From: Camelus dromedarius
Taxonomy: Eukaryota
Reading direction: 5' to 3'
DNA length: 64,000 nt
Assembly (NCBI RefSeq): GCF_036321535.1
Contig: NC_087451.1
Coordinates: forward strand, 47,926,001-47,990,000
The translations under genes and the position numbers were made by a program. This document shows positions 23,301 to 55,930 of this stretch, piece after piece; position 1 is the first letter of the stretch, and each line of letters begins with the position of its first letter. The notes beneath the pieces were generated by a model. That model was given only the letters and a program-made list of their open reading frames with translations. It was not told the DNA's origin and did no database searches.

Positions 23301-26300
23301 TCCCTCCTCCCATAGCTCTTCCCACCATTCCCTCCCTGTCTGTGTCTGCTTCACACTACTGTCACCCACTGTTGCACATACCTCTTCTGGGTCCCCCTCC
23401 TCATCCCCTCCCCCAGTGAGGACTGTTGTGTTCTTTTCATCTCTGCATCTCCTGAGGCCTGACACCTTGAGCTTCTCAGGAAATGTGTTTTGAATGAATG
23501 GCATGGGGAGGGGGCTGCTGCTGCTACCACTCTGTGCTCTCTCAGATATAAACAGGTTACCCAGCTGGGAGAGAGGACATCTGTTGGCTGGTGTGGCTTC
23601 GAGCACTGATACATCTACCTTCTCCTCTGAAGGTGGGTCCAGGGGATCTCTGGCCCCAGAGGCCCCCACACTCCTCACCTGGGACGGAGGGAAGTGTTTG
23701 GTCCTGAAGGGGTTACCCAGCTGCTCCACCCACAACCCTTCTCACACCAGAGAGCGGCCCTTCCTGGAGGCCACAATCACTCCTTTCCTTTGTATGGCAG
23801 TTTATGGTACACAAATATCTTTGACATAGGTGAACTGAGCCCTCCCAACAACCCTGCAAAATAGATATTACCACCATCCCTATTTTGTGAATAAGGAAAT
23901 GAAGGCTCAGAGAAGTCATGTAACTTGTCCTAGGTTACCCAGATTGACTTGAAATCAGGCCTGTCTGACTACAAGTTCAGGGCACTTGCCACTCTGCTGC
24001 CCTTTGCCCCAGTTCAGCAGTGCTGAAGAAACCCGAGGTGGTGGTAGTGGTGTTCCAAGGTCCTGCCTCACATGCAGGACTCCTTCTGCCTCTTATTTCC
24101 CTGGGATGGAGAAAGGGAGGAAAGGGGGAGGGTCAGGGGTGTAGGGGGAACCCAGACCCTTCACAGCTGGGCAGGGAGAAGGGAAGGGAGGAGGAGGAAT
24201 GTGGGGAAGGCTCAGATCTGTCTCATCTCTCAAGTACTTTAAGGCCACCTGGACTAACACCACCCTGCCCTGCCACCAGCGTGAGTTAACTCCTGGTGGC
24301 CAGTATGAGGTCTTGCCCCAGTTTCACCCCTTGTAGAGGCTGGATAAATGCACAATCCCCCTGGCCTGTTTGGAGGGAGTCAGTCAGCCATAGTACCTCA
24401 AGCCAGGCTGCCCTGGAACCCATGAGTGCCCTTCCTCCTCAGACTGGGTGGGGCCAGACTCAGGGGAACCTGCAGGATGGTGCCTTGTTCTTTCTGCCTT
24501 GATGACACTTTGGGCACAAGGAGTCACTACGTGGGCTTTTAGATGGTGGTCCGAGGGGAGAGCCATTGGTACACTGAAGCTATAGGCAAGATCAGAGGTG
24601 AGACAGTGGGGGTGGAGGCTGGGAAACGCCAGTATGTGTCCAGGGCTTGTATTCAACTGAGCAGAGGTAGGAAACTTTCTCCAGGCTTTCCCCTAATTCT
24701 AAACCCTCTCCCCAGCAGCTTCTCCCCTGTGCCCTGGGAAAGGGGACACAGTATCTGTGCTACCTACAAGGGGTGGGCTGTTCAAGTCTGTGGCTCTAGG
24801 AACTAGGGAGAATGGATGGGGAACGGAAACTTGATGAGTAAAGAGTAGGGAAAGAATCAATAGAGAGCCTAGGAAAGGGGAAAGAAGTGAGAGAAAGGTG
24901 TCAGAAGGAGAAGAGGCTTGGAGAAGAGAGGAGGAGGGAAAGGGGAAGGAAGAGTCAGGAGGAGAAGCCAAGGAGCATGACGTGCTCCCCTCCAGACTTG
25001 AGCTGGCAGGCTGCAGCAGGCCTGGGGGCTGGAGTGGCTCCAGAGGCTGTGAGGGGTCAGATACAGGCCTCCTGGGCCTATGCAGGACAGGCATAGGAGC
25101 TGAGGATGTTGCTGCTTCTGCTGGCTTTAATCACTGGGGACTCTGAAGTGGTGCTCCCCTCTGCCATAGCAAGAGAGCCGTCCCCTACCCAGGCACTCTG
25201 TGCCGTGGGGTAGGTGACAACTCTGAACAGCCGGGTGAGGGGCTGGCGGGAGTCTGTGGAGGGCCCTGGGAAGGTAGGCTCCCACAGAAGGCAGGGAAGA
25301 GCAAGAGGAAGGTGTCCCAGGGCAGCAAGGGGGACTTGATGAGGACCTTGGTGAGTCTGAGGAGGGGCAGGCAGATTAACGCAGTGGACTGGGGAGAGGG
25401 GAGTCCTGAGAGGGACCGACTACTGGGCTGAGTTACTACTACTCAGCAGTAGAAACAGGTGTCAGGGAGGGCAGAGGTGGTAGCAGGTGAACTAGTGAAG
25501 CCTTTAGTTTGAGCCGTGGGAAGACCCAGGTGTGTTGCTGCTACTGCCTGGGTATGACCCAGACTCCTACCTGCTCAGGTGAATTCAAGGACACTGACAG
25601 GTGCTGCTGGAAACATAAAAAGTGCACCGGGCACATCATCCATCCCTTCACCTCTGACTATGGCCACTACAACCTGCACCTGCACTCTGTCAGCCACTGC
25701 GACTGTGATTCTAGGTAAGGGCCTACTCCTTGGGAAACCTACAGCCTAGGAGACTCCTGGGCAGAGCCAGGGGCAAATTTTCACTTTGGTTCCCCACTCT
25801 GGCTTTGACCTGGCACTGCCAGCCCAGCCCCAGCTTTATAAACGTGTCTTTGCTACAACAGCCATGGGGAGGTCTTTTGGCAGTCTGGGCTGAGCCCTGT
25901 GGAAGCCCGTTGTCCCTCAGCTTCTTGCTCTGGGCCCCTGGGGAGTCATGGAGTCATAGGAACCAGGCTGAGTCCCCTGTGTGGCAGGCTGAAGGACTGC
26001 TCAGAGAAGATAAATAGCAGCTCCCAAGATGTGGGCCCAACCTGCTCCCGAGATGTGGGCTCAGCCTGTTTCAACACCATCCAGTCCCCTTGCTTTGAGC
26101 TCATCCCAGAGGAAGAGTGTGTGGAGCAGTTCTGTTATGGCTGGTGAGTGTCGGCAGGCTGACGGTGGCACTATGGGGCACTTGCCCCCCCACTCTCTGT
26201 CAACCGTCTTTCCCTGTCCTCCTCCCTCCCAGGTGCAAAAGCTACAGGCCTATCTCCGTGGCAGTGATCCACCATCCCATCCACCATGAGTGTGGGGCAG

Positions 26301-26896
26301 ATGACCTCAATGAAGAAGAGGAAGAGGAGGAGGAGGAGGAGGAAGAAAGCAAGCCTCCCATCCCAACCCAGGTGGGGCCCACCACCACACCCACCGACAC
26401 AGGCATGGGCATGGTCACTGGCACCCTTGACTCAGCAGCTCCCATCACCATCTGGCGTTCTGAAAGCCCCACAGGGAAGTCCCAGGGCAACAAGGTGATC
26501 AAGAAGGTAAAGAAGAAAAAAGAAAAAGAGAAAGACAAGGAGGAGGAGATGGACGAAAAGGCAAAGCTGAAGAAAAAAGTCAAGAAGAGCAAGTTAACTA
26601 AGAAGAAAAGCCTGGTTAAATCAGAATCACCTCCAGACTTGATACGATCGTTAAGTCCAAGAGAGCTGGCCAGGATGTCAGAGTCCAGCCCAGACAGCCG
26701 GCCAGACCTGGAAAGTGAGGACAGTTACAATGATCCTGGCCGGGAGGAGCCCTCCAGCGGGGATATTGTGGAGTCATCATCGCCCAGGAAGAGAGAGAAC
26801 AGTAACAAGGCCAAGAAGCCTGGGATGAAGACCTCGCCGGCCAAGAAGGTCAACAAGAGGAAATCTCCCCCAGCATCAAACCCCAATCTCAGTTGA
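19807..26896 (+). CDS. PROCA1: Protein interacting with cyclin A1, 376 aa; degenerate group III PLA2-like core plus poly-Glu and Lys-rich tail
   Basis: Exons: 19807-19894, 23546-23632, 25579-25714, 25988-26143, 26233-26896 (1131 nt, phases consistent). MWVRTTL..NRLPSWERGHLLAGVASST..DRCCWKHKKC..HCDCD..PPASNPNLS*. Confidence 0.93.
21340..22700. mobile_element. L2 remnants in PROCA1 intron 1 (approximate limits)
   Basis: cattcaatcaaccaacatttactgagca L2 end and purine-rich L2 ORF2-like body (ggaggccaggcaggagg..., aagccaaagacagaaccctgg). Confidence 0.6.
23760..23990 (-). mobile_element. MIR remnant
   Basis: attttgtgaataaggaaatgaaggctcagagaagtcatgtaacttgtcctaggttacc. Confidence 0.7.
25106..25234 (+). 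pseudogene. Vestigial signal-peptide / Ca2+-loop exon of an ancestral secreted group III PLA2 form of PROCA1
   Basis: ATG 25106 gives MLLLLLALITG. A shifted frame from 25147 gives SGAPLCHSKRAVPYPGTLCRGVGDNSEQP, then G|gtgagg, a phase-1 donor matching exon 3 (G+GT GAA TTC). Confidence 0.75.
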
Positions 26897-26909
26897 AGCC
26901 AGGGTGAAG

Positions 26910-26915
26910 AATAAA
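26910..26915 (+). terminator. PROCA1 polyadenylation signal AATAAA
   Basis: Canonical hexamer 13 nt after the TGA. Confidence 0.65.
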
Positions 26916-27889
26916 TGCAATCAAGCCTATAGCTGACCCCCTGCTTCTCTCTCCCTCCAACCTGGCTCCTTCTGGGGGCGGGGGGGGGGGGGCAGGGCTC
27001 TGGGCAGAGCTGGAACCAAGGGGCTAAGGGGCTGCTGGGGTTTCTGGAGGGCAATCCATCTCAGAAGGCAGGTGGAAAGACATAGGAGGGGCACAGCCTG
27101 TTTCTTTGTAACATCCTAGGCCCAGGGCAGAAGAGCGCATCTGGGTGAGGTGGGAAAGAAGCTTCCTGTCAATTGGGAGATGAGTCTGAAATCCAGTTGG
27201 GAACAGGCAGTTCTGTCTGCAGTAATACCCCTAATAAATTGAAACTTTTAACCCAGTCTGTGCCACTGTGCCTGGCATTTCCCTGGGGAAGGTGCTGGTG
27301 GCATCAAAGGGTATATGATCTTCCCAGCTGGTGTGGCCCTGCTTCTGCTAGGCCCTTCTAGACCTTTTGTACTGAAGGGAACAGAACTGAGTTCCTGGGA
27401 GAAGGCCAGCCCTTTCCCCCAACACTTGCCAACAAACAACCAGAGAGATCTTGAATGAAGAACAGCAAGGTGGAGAACTCACCAAGTTCGGGCAGCAGAG
27501 GCCTTTTCTGACTTCTCTGATGAGCCCCAGAAGAAACGGAGGGGGAACCCTTACTTTCCTAGCACTGATAGGCAAAGTTGTCAGAGGAAGCCCTTGTGAA
27601 GAAACACAGTGAGATCAGGAGACCAGAACAGAAGAGGCAGTGGGGCTGGCAGAAGGGACTAGTGCCAGGGGACCGGCCTTCCCTGCAACATTCCAGTGTC
27701 CTTTGCCGAGGCTATGTGTGTGGCCCATCCTGGGGCAGACTCACGTAGAGGTACTGTCAGAGGCTAAGGCCCAGCCAGCACAAAGGAGAGAGGTGCGTGG
27801 ATTCAAGTGGAGAAACGCAGATTGACTTGTGGCCTTTCTTCCATGTGCCAGAGAAGATGAGCAGACACAGTGGATGGGGTGGCTGTGTG

Positions 27890-28110
27890 TGACTGTTATT
27901 ATAAACAGCAGGTCCCAAGCACTGGGCTTACCACTTCACACACTTCTATCTTAGTCCTCACAGCAGCCCTGCTGAGGTAGGTATCACCATCTCCGTTTTA
28001 CAGATGAGAAAGCTTGGCTTAGAAACAACAGGAGTTCGCTCAAGGTCACAGGGCTGGGAAGTGGAGCAGGGATGTGACCTCAGGCAGTCTGATGCAGGAG
28101 CCACCTGATC
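27890..28110 (-). mobile_element. MIR remnant
   Basis: ccatctccgttttacagatgagaaa..ctcaaggtcacagggct..ggatgtgacctcaggcagtctga. Confidence 0.7.
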
Positions 28111-28245
28111 CTCTATAAGTCATTGCCTCTGATGTCCTGGAAGAGGGAGTCAAGGGAGCCCTCAGAACTCCAAACACTGCTTTGAAAGCTACCCTTCAAG
28201 AGCTGGAGAGAGAGAGGCTTTTCAAAATGCTCTGTAGAAACACTG

Positions 28246-28251
28246 TTTATT
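28246..28251 (-). terminator. SUPT6H polyadenylation signal AATAAA
   Basis: tttatt on the plus strand, about 590 nt past the SUPT6H stop. Confidence 0.7.
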
Positions 28252-28838
28252 CAAATGACAGGCAGGAAGCGGTGGCAGCAGGGGGTGAGGGCAGCCAGGT
28301 GGGGGCTGGGCAGGTTAGCACTGCTCCCATGTCCTTTGCCATCCTCCTTTGACAGCCACCCAAGCTGTTGGCATCAGGGTCAAAAATACTTTCCCTCCTC
28401 TCCCTCCTGTCCCAAAGTGAATAAATAGCATCTCTCTCCCCACAAGAGCCGGGGGAGACTCATGTGCTGAGCTTGGTGCCCCATCATAGCCCAGAGTCAG
28501 GTGAGGGCAGAAGCTCAAAATGGCTTGTAGGGAGTAGAATACAAAACTGTTCCACTCTCATTCTCATCTTCCTCTTCTTCCTCCCTGCCACACTCCCCTA
28601 CCAGCCTGGTCCCAGGACAGGTGGTCCGTGAGGGCCTGAAGTGGGAGTATTGTCGCCTAGCGTACAATGAGCTCAAGTTTGCAAGGCCATCCAGCCTGTC
28701 ACCCATCCAGGCTGACCACCAAAGAGAACGTCAATTCACGCCACTTTATGGACAGAAAAGGAGGGGCAGGGAGTGAGGCAATGGGCAGCCAGGCCTTTCC
28801 CAGCCTCAGAGGTAACCAGAGTCCTAGGAGCAGGCCCC

Positions 28839-50128
<21,290 letters not shown>

Positions 50129-51410
50129 TCACCGTTTGCCTGAAGACTAGAGAAGGAAGGGAGATGGGGATAAAAAATGAGACAGAGTTCCCTTAAACAT
50201 TTCCACAAACAGCCTTCAGCTATGTGCCACTGCTCTGCCCAACCATTTCCATCTGGGAGGAGAGAGTAAGACTCAGATGGCTCCATCTCTTCTATTATCC
50301 ATACTTCCCATGGGTGCCCTTTCAGGTATATCTTTAAAAAAGCAATTATACTGCACTGCTCTGTATGTACTGTCTGGTTTGCCCAAGGAGTTTTACCTCA
50401 TGTTCCACTTGGGGGCAGAAATGGGTAGATGAAGAAAGAAATTAGGCAACAAACGTAAATGCAAAGACTGCTGGGCTTAAGAGTAGAGATCAAATCCTGG
50501 TCCCACCATCTACTATAAACCCTAGGAAATTATTTAATGTGCCTGAACATCAGTTTCTTCATCTGGAAAATGGCAACAGCACTCGCAAGATAGTTGAGAA
50601 TATTACATAACATAGAGAAAGGAAACTATTTACTATTTCAATAAATGTTAACTGAGTTTGAATTTGAATCCTGGGCCTAAATTTCCTTAGCATTCTGTAA
50701 CTTTGTACCAACCAATCCTAACTTTGTCTCTACTTCCCTGCTGTCAGATGCACCAAAAGCCTGGACATGGCAGGGGAGAACCACAGAACCATAATACGGA
50801 GTTTCCTGGGCTTTAAAACACAACACACATCCCACGAATCATAACATCAAGATTCTGTTCTGAAATCCTGAAGCTGGCTGCTGATAAACTCAGCACCACT
50901 CCTTATCCTGTCCTGAATTATCATGCTATTCTTTTCAAAGTGTATGACTGCCTACCCAGTACAAGCACTTGCTAGGAGCTGGGGATCTGAAGAGAAACAG
51001 GATGGTTTGTTTTCAAGGAGCTGACTTCTAGTAGAGGGCCAAATAAGGACCATGAGGTAATTTTATGTATTATGACATATATGTAGAGCAGACACAGGAA
51101 GATAACTGGAAAACAAACCCACAAAACCCAACCAAAACTAATACAGGCATTTCCTGGGTATTTTAAACAAATAGAAAAATGTGCCCTGAGGAATAATATT
51201 TATTGCACATCAAGTTCGAGACATTTAACAAATATCTTATTAACCCCTACATTGTCCAATGAGTTACAGCACACTCCTCTCTACTCAGCAAAGGAGGAAA
51301 TAGACTCAGAGATGAAGTCACTTGCTCAATGCGACACAACTCTTAACTGCAAGAGCTGAAATCTGAGTTAAGGCTTGTCTGACTCCAAAGTCACAACTGT
51401 TTCTATCATA

Positions 51411-52290
51411 CAGTAGTTCTCAGAGTGTGGTCCAGGGATCAACCCCCACCTTTCTCTCATGAATATACAGTGGAGTTTTCCAGAGGTCGTAAGACTTTAT
51501 CACAACAAACTGAAAGTAGAGGATATGAGAATCTAGCAGTACTCTGTTAAAGCAGACATTAAAATAGATTTGCAAAAAAAAGAAAAGAAAAAGAAAAACA
51601 ATGCCATTCTTTTCATTTTATTTTTTGTTTTGAAGATTACAGTTGTTTTTTTTATAAAATGTGTTATTTATTTTAAAATGTAGCAGGCTTATTTTTTTTT
51701 TTCTCAGCTTTATTGAGATACACAGTTGACCCTTGAACAACATGAGTTTAAACTGTGAGGATCTTTTTCTCAGTAAACATAGTACCTGTATTTTCATTTT
51801 ACAGATCTTTAAATTAAATGTGGGTAGTTTGTGTTCGATTAGAGATCACAATATTTGAAATCAAAGAACTAGGGTTTAAGTCTTAATTCTATCCAAACTG
51901 TTTTAGCTTCCTGCTGTTAGATGAGTCACTTATTAATTCGTTTGTTTTTGAGGCAGAAATAGCAGTATGCAGACTGTGGGAGGAGCAGAGAGTCAGCACC
52001 CTAACCCTTGTGTTGTTCAAGGGCCATCTGTAATTGATGCATAACACTGTGTAAGGTTAAGGTGTATAACGTGTTGATTTGATATACTTGTATGTTGCAA
52101 ACAGGCTTATTATTATGTTAAAATGAAGTAATATCTATTAGTTTTAATTTCTAATCTGGTAAACATCTATATATATATATCTCATAAATATCAATAGATA
52201 TAACTCACATGAACAAAATGTCTCTGAAATTTTAAATTATCTTTAAAGCATAAAGGGGTGCTCGGATCAAAAAGTTTAAGAGCCTCTACA
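51411..52290. mobile_element. hAT-Charlie-like DNA transposon remnant with nested L1 end and Tigger MITE
   Basis: Ends cagtagttctcagagtgtggtcc.. and ..ggggtgctcggatcaaaaagtttaagagcctct. Confidence 0.6.
51723..52030. mobile_element. Tigger2-like MITE
   Basis: 20-bp TIRs CAGTTGACCCTTGAACAACA and (reverse complement) CAGATGGCCCTTGAACAACA, 18/20 match, followed by TA. Confidence 0.8.
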
Positions 52291-54399
52291 CTGTATCTTT
52301 ATATAGGTCCCACAGGATGGTGACATAGGAGGCCTTGGGATAGATGAATGTCCCCTTTCCCCCCAAGATCTATACCCTTAAGGTCATTTAACTTAAGTAC
52401 AGCCAAAAATGAATATGTAAAACTTCTGTCAATTAAATGTGGTGCTCTGATTTTAATACCACTCCCCCTCAGCCCTGAACAGAGCCATTAAAAATAGATT
52501 TGGGTGCAGCAGCCCCCACACATAGCTTGCTTTAATTAGGCTATCAGACCCACAGACTCAGTTTTGTAAGGCCTCAACTTACTTCACACTAAATGCCAGC
52601 TCCTGCAGACCAGATGCCCTATAGCTTATCAGCAGAGAGAAACAGCCTACCTGATGAAAATAACAGCTTTCTTCTGTTTCGGGAGTGGCTGGTGCTCTGT
52701 GCTGCATGCAGCTTTCCTCCCATTCTCTAGATCAGCAATAAAGTACATGATGTGCTACAGCTGGGGAATGCCTCCAATCTAGCCCACTGGCAAGACTTCC
52801 AGTTAAAAGAGGTTGTGCCAGAAGCAATCCTGACTTGCTGCAACTTATGGGAGCTAGATGTACAGAGGGTGCTGCAGCAGCACTGCAGGCTGAGGTTGGC
52901 AAGCAGCAACTATTCCAGAACAAAAACACTACTTATTAGTATATGGTTGTTATTAATATTTGACATCTGAGATAAGTCTGATGTCTTTTGGGTTTTGTAT
53001 TTAGTACTTATGCTTTTGAATTTTCCCCATATTCAGACTGTAAGTTACATTTGCTACTGAAATAGGTCTAGAAAGGGAATGGGGTGCTGAAAGGAGGTTT
53101 CTCCAGGCAGAAGCACAGCTGCAGTACAAGATGTGGCTCAAAGGGAGAGGCTGGCAGTTACCATGACATTCTTGGGAAGAGGAATGGTGCTGGGATCAGA
53201 TTGCCACAGGGGAGGCCCTCCGCAGTCCCTCCCTTTGAACAAGATGATGTAGGAGGCAATTAAAAGGAGACCAGAGCAAAAAAGAGATGTCTGTTAATTC
53301 CCTCCACTGGCAGCTTTAATTAACATTTACTTTTTTTTTTAAGGGTCAAGCTCTGTGCTGGGACTTGAATATATAAAAATGAGTAAAACATGCTTTGGAC
53401 CCTGGTGTACACAATTCATCTCAAAAAACTTGTAAATAAAGTTATGACAAAGCATAAATGTTTTATGGTAGTTATATACAGGACTATGAAAGCAATATGA
53501 AAGAGGGAGGTCAGAGAATGCCTCAGAAGAGGTGAAGCCTGAGTTGAGAGGAGTTAAGAAGACAGACTGGTAAAAAGCAACACGAGCAAAGGCTTAGGTC
53601 TGAAAGGGCCTAGTGGTCTGGAAAATAGCCCCAGAAGTCTGGTGCGGAGTGTAAACTACAAGACATCCTGCATTTTATGAGCAAGGGCCTAAGGCTATTT
53701 CAAAGGTGTTCACTAGTGACTACCCAATTTAGAATCCAAAAATCTAAGAGTTTGAACTCTTTGGTATGAAAAATCCTAATCACATCAAGTCAAGATGTTA
53801 GAAGACAGCAAATGTTAATTCTACCTATAATCATTTTAATATGCTCACCATATTTATAAGAAATAACAGTCTTACAATCTTTTCAGTATCAGGGTATAAA
53901 AAACACTACTGTTAATAATGGCTAATGTAATAACTAATTTAAAATTATTAGTTATCCCTTTTCTTTCCATGTTTCCTTTGGGGACAAGGAAAGGGCACAA
54001 GAGGAAGAGAAACAACTGAAATAAGTAACCAGATTCAGAATCCCTGCAACACACAGAGGGAATAACAGTTACTGAGCTTTATGTAACACAATGGGGAGCA
54101 TATAGTTCCTTCTCTACAGAGGGCCAGATCTGCTGTTAAAGTACAAAAGCAAATGGAAAATACGTACATGAATGGGAGTGGCCTAATTTGGCTCAGGAGT
54201 CTTAGTTTGGTAACCCTCGATCTAGAAGTACAGAAAGTCTTTAAAGATTGATGGCAAAGGTACCAATGGGAGCTTGTAATAGAAGACTCTAACCCAATTT
54301 TGAGGAAGCGACTTAAGGACCTTAAAAGTGAGGAGGAATTAACTAAGTGAAGAAGTTGGTGTCTTTGGAGGTGGTTGGAGGAGTGATGTTGTTGGAGGC

Positions 54400-55930
54400 A
54401 AGTGCTCCCAGCACAAGGCCCAGGATACGCTGTGGCAGGAACCATGAGGGCCAGTTTGGGAAGAGGGAGAAGGGTTCATAATGAGTTGGAGGTGAGGTCA
54501 CAAGGATCTTGATAGGATAACTTAAGGATTTTTGATTCTATCTGAAAGGTGCTGAGAAGCCCCTACAGGGTTTTATACCAAGAACTGACTCAGTAATTTA
54601 CTTTCTGATTCTATAAATAATTACTTAATGAGTGCTTACTACACGCCAGGCATGTACAAGACAAAATCCCTGCCCCTAGCATACCTGTGTTCTGGGGCAG
54701 GAGACAAACCACAAACAGATAAAGCTTGCTGTAAGTGCTAGGAAGGAAATAATCATCCTCACCTCTGAGAGGGTTAGTTCAGACTGAGATGTCAAGAATG
54801 GGTAGGATGTGGTAGGCAGAACCAGGGGAAGAGGTTCCCGGCAGAAAAGGTGGGCAAGAACCTGGCATATGGTAGGCAATGTCCTAAGGCTAGTGTGACC
54901 AGAGAATGGTGACGGAAGCAGGATGTGAAAGGGAGGAGGGGTCTGCTCAAGCAGGTCTGTGAAGGTCATGGAAAGCCGCTGGAGTGTTTTAAGCAGGGAA
55001 ATGACATGTTCTGACCTGACCTGATCCTCCTATGTGGAAAATGGACTGGGAGAAGTTCTGGGTGGAAGCAGGGAAAACTGAGAACACTATTTCAGTAGCT
55101 TGGGAAAAAGAGATGGTGGCTTGCAACAGGGTGGTAGCAGCAGAGATGGAGAACAAAAAAAAAATTTGAAATATATTTTGGAAGTAGAAGTGACAGGACT
55201 AACTAAAAGACTTGGGGAGGTGAGTAGTAAGAAAGAATCCAATATGATTCTCAGAGGTCTGGCTTTGGTAACCATGTGGATGAGAGTATCACTTAGTAAG
55301 GCAGAGAAGATCAGGTTTGGAATGATAGGGAACCCAAAATGTTATGCCAGGTTTGGGATGTCTAAGAGACAACCAAATGGACCTATTAAGCAGGCATTTT
55401 GTATGAGTCTTAAACACAGAAGAAAGAAGGCTGGGCTAGAGAGTTTAACTTGGGAGTTGCCAGCTTTCAGATGCTGATTAAAGCCACAGGACTGGATCAC
55501 CTAAAGGAAGCACACAGAAAACCTAGGATTAAACTCTGAAGGAAATTCAACATTTAGACACTAAGTAGAGAGTAAAAGTAGCTAGCAAAGGAGACTGAGA
55601 AGGAGCAGCCATAAAAATGGAGAAAATCCAGGAGTGAAGTGTCAATGAAGCTAACAGAAGAGAGAACTTAAAGAGAGGAATAAACTGTGCTGAGTATTCC
55701 ATACTGAGAAAGATGAGAACAAAGTATCCACAGGATTTGACAAAATAGAAGTCACTGGTGACCTTGACAAAAGCAGTATCAATGGAGTGGTCAGAAGAGA
55801 AGCCAGACTGGTGTAGGCTGAAGAATGAAAAAAAACTGAGAAAGTTGACACAGTTGGAAATCTGGCTATGAAAGGAAATTTTAAGAAGTAGAATGCTAGC
55901 TAGATAGGGATGAGAGGAATGCCAGAACAT
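54400..55930. mobile_element. L2 remnants in SUPT6H intron 1 (approximate limits)
   Basis: ataattacttaatgagtgcttactacacgccagg; agaagtcactggtgaccttgacaaaagcagtatcaatggagtggt. Confidence 0.65.

Noticed and set aside
25167-25178. The vestigial PLA2 exon as a live in-frame cassette exon
   Set aside because: The good acceptor (ccatag|25170) leads to TAG at 25211; the only in-frame AG (25176-25177) is a poor GAG context behind other AGs.
28420-28425. Plus-strand AATAAA as evidence of another gene
   Set aside because: Lies antisense within the SUPT6H 3'UTR; at most a distal PROCA1 site, with no other support.
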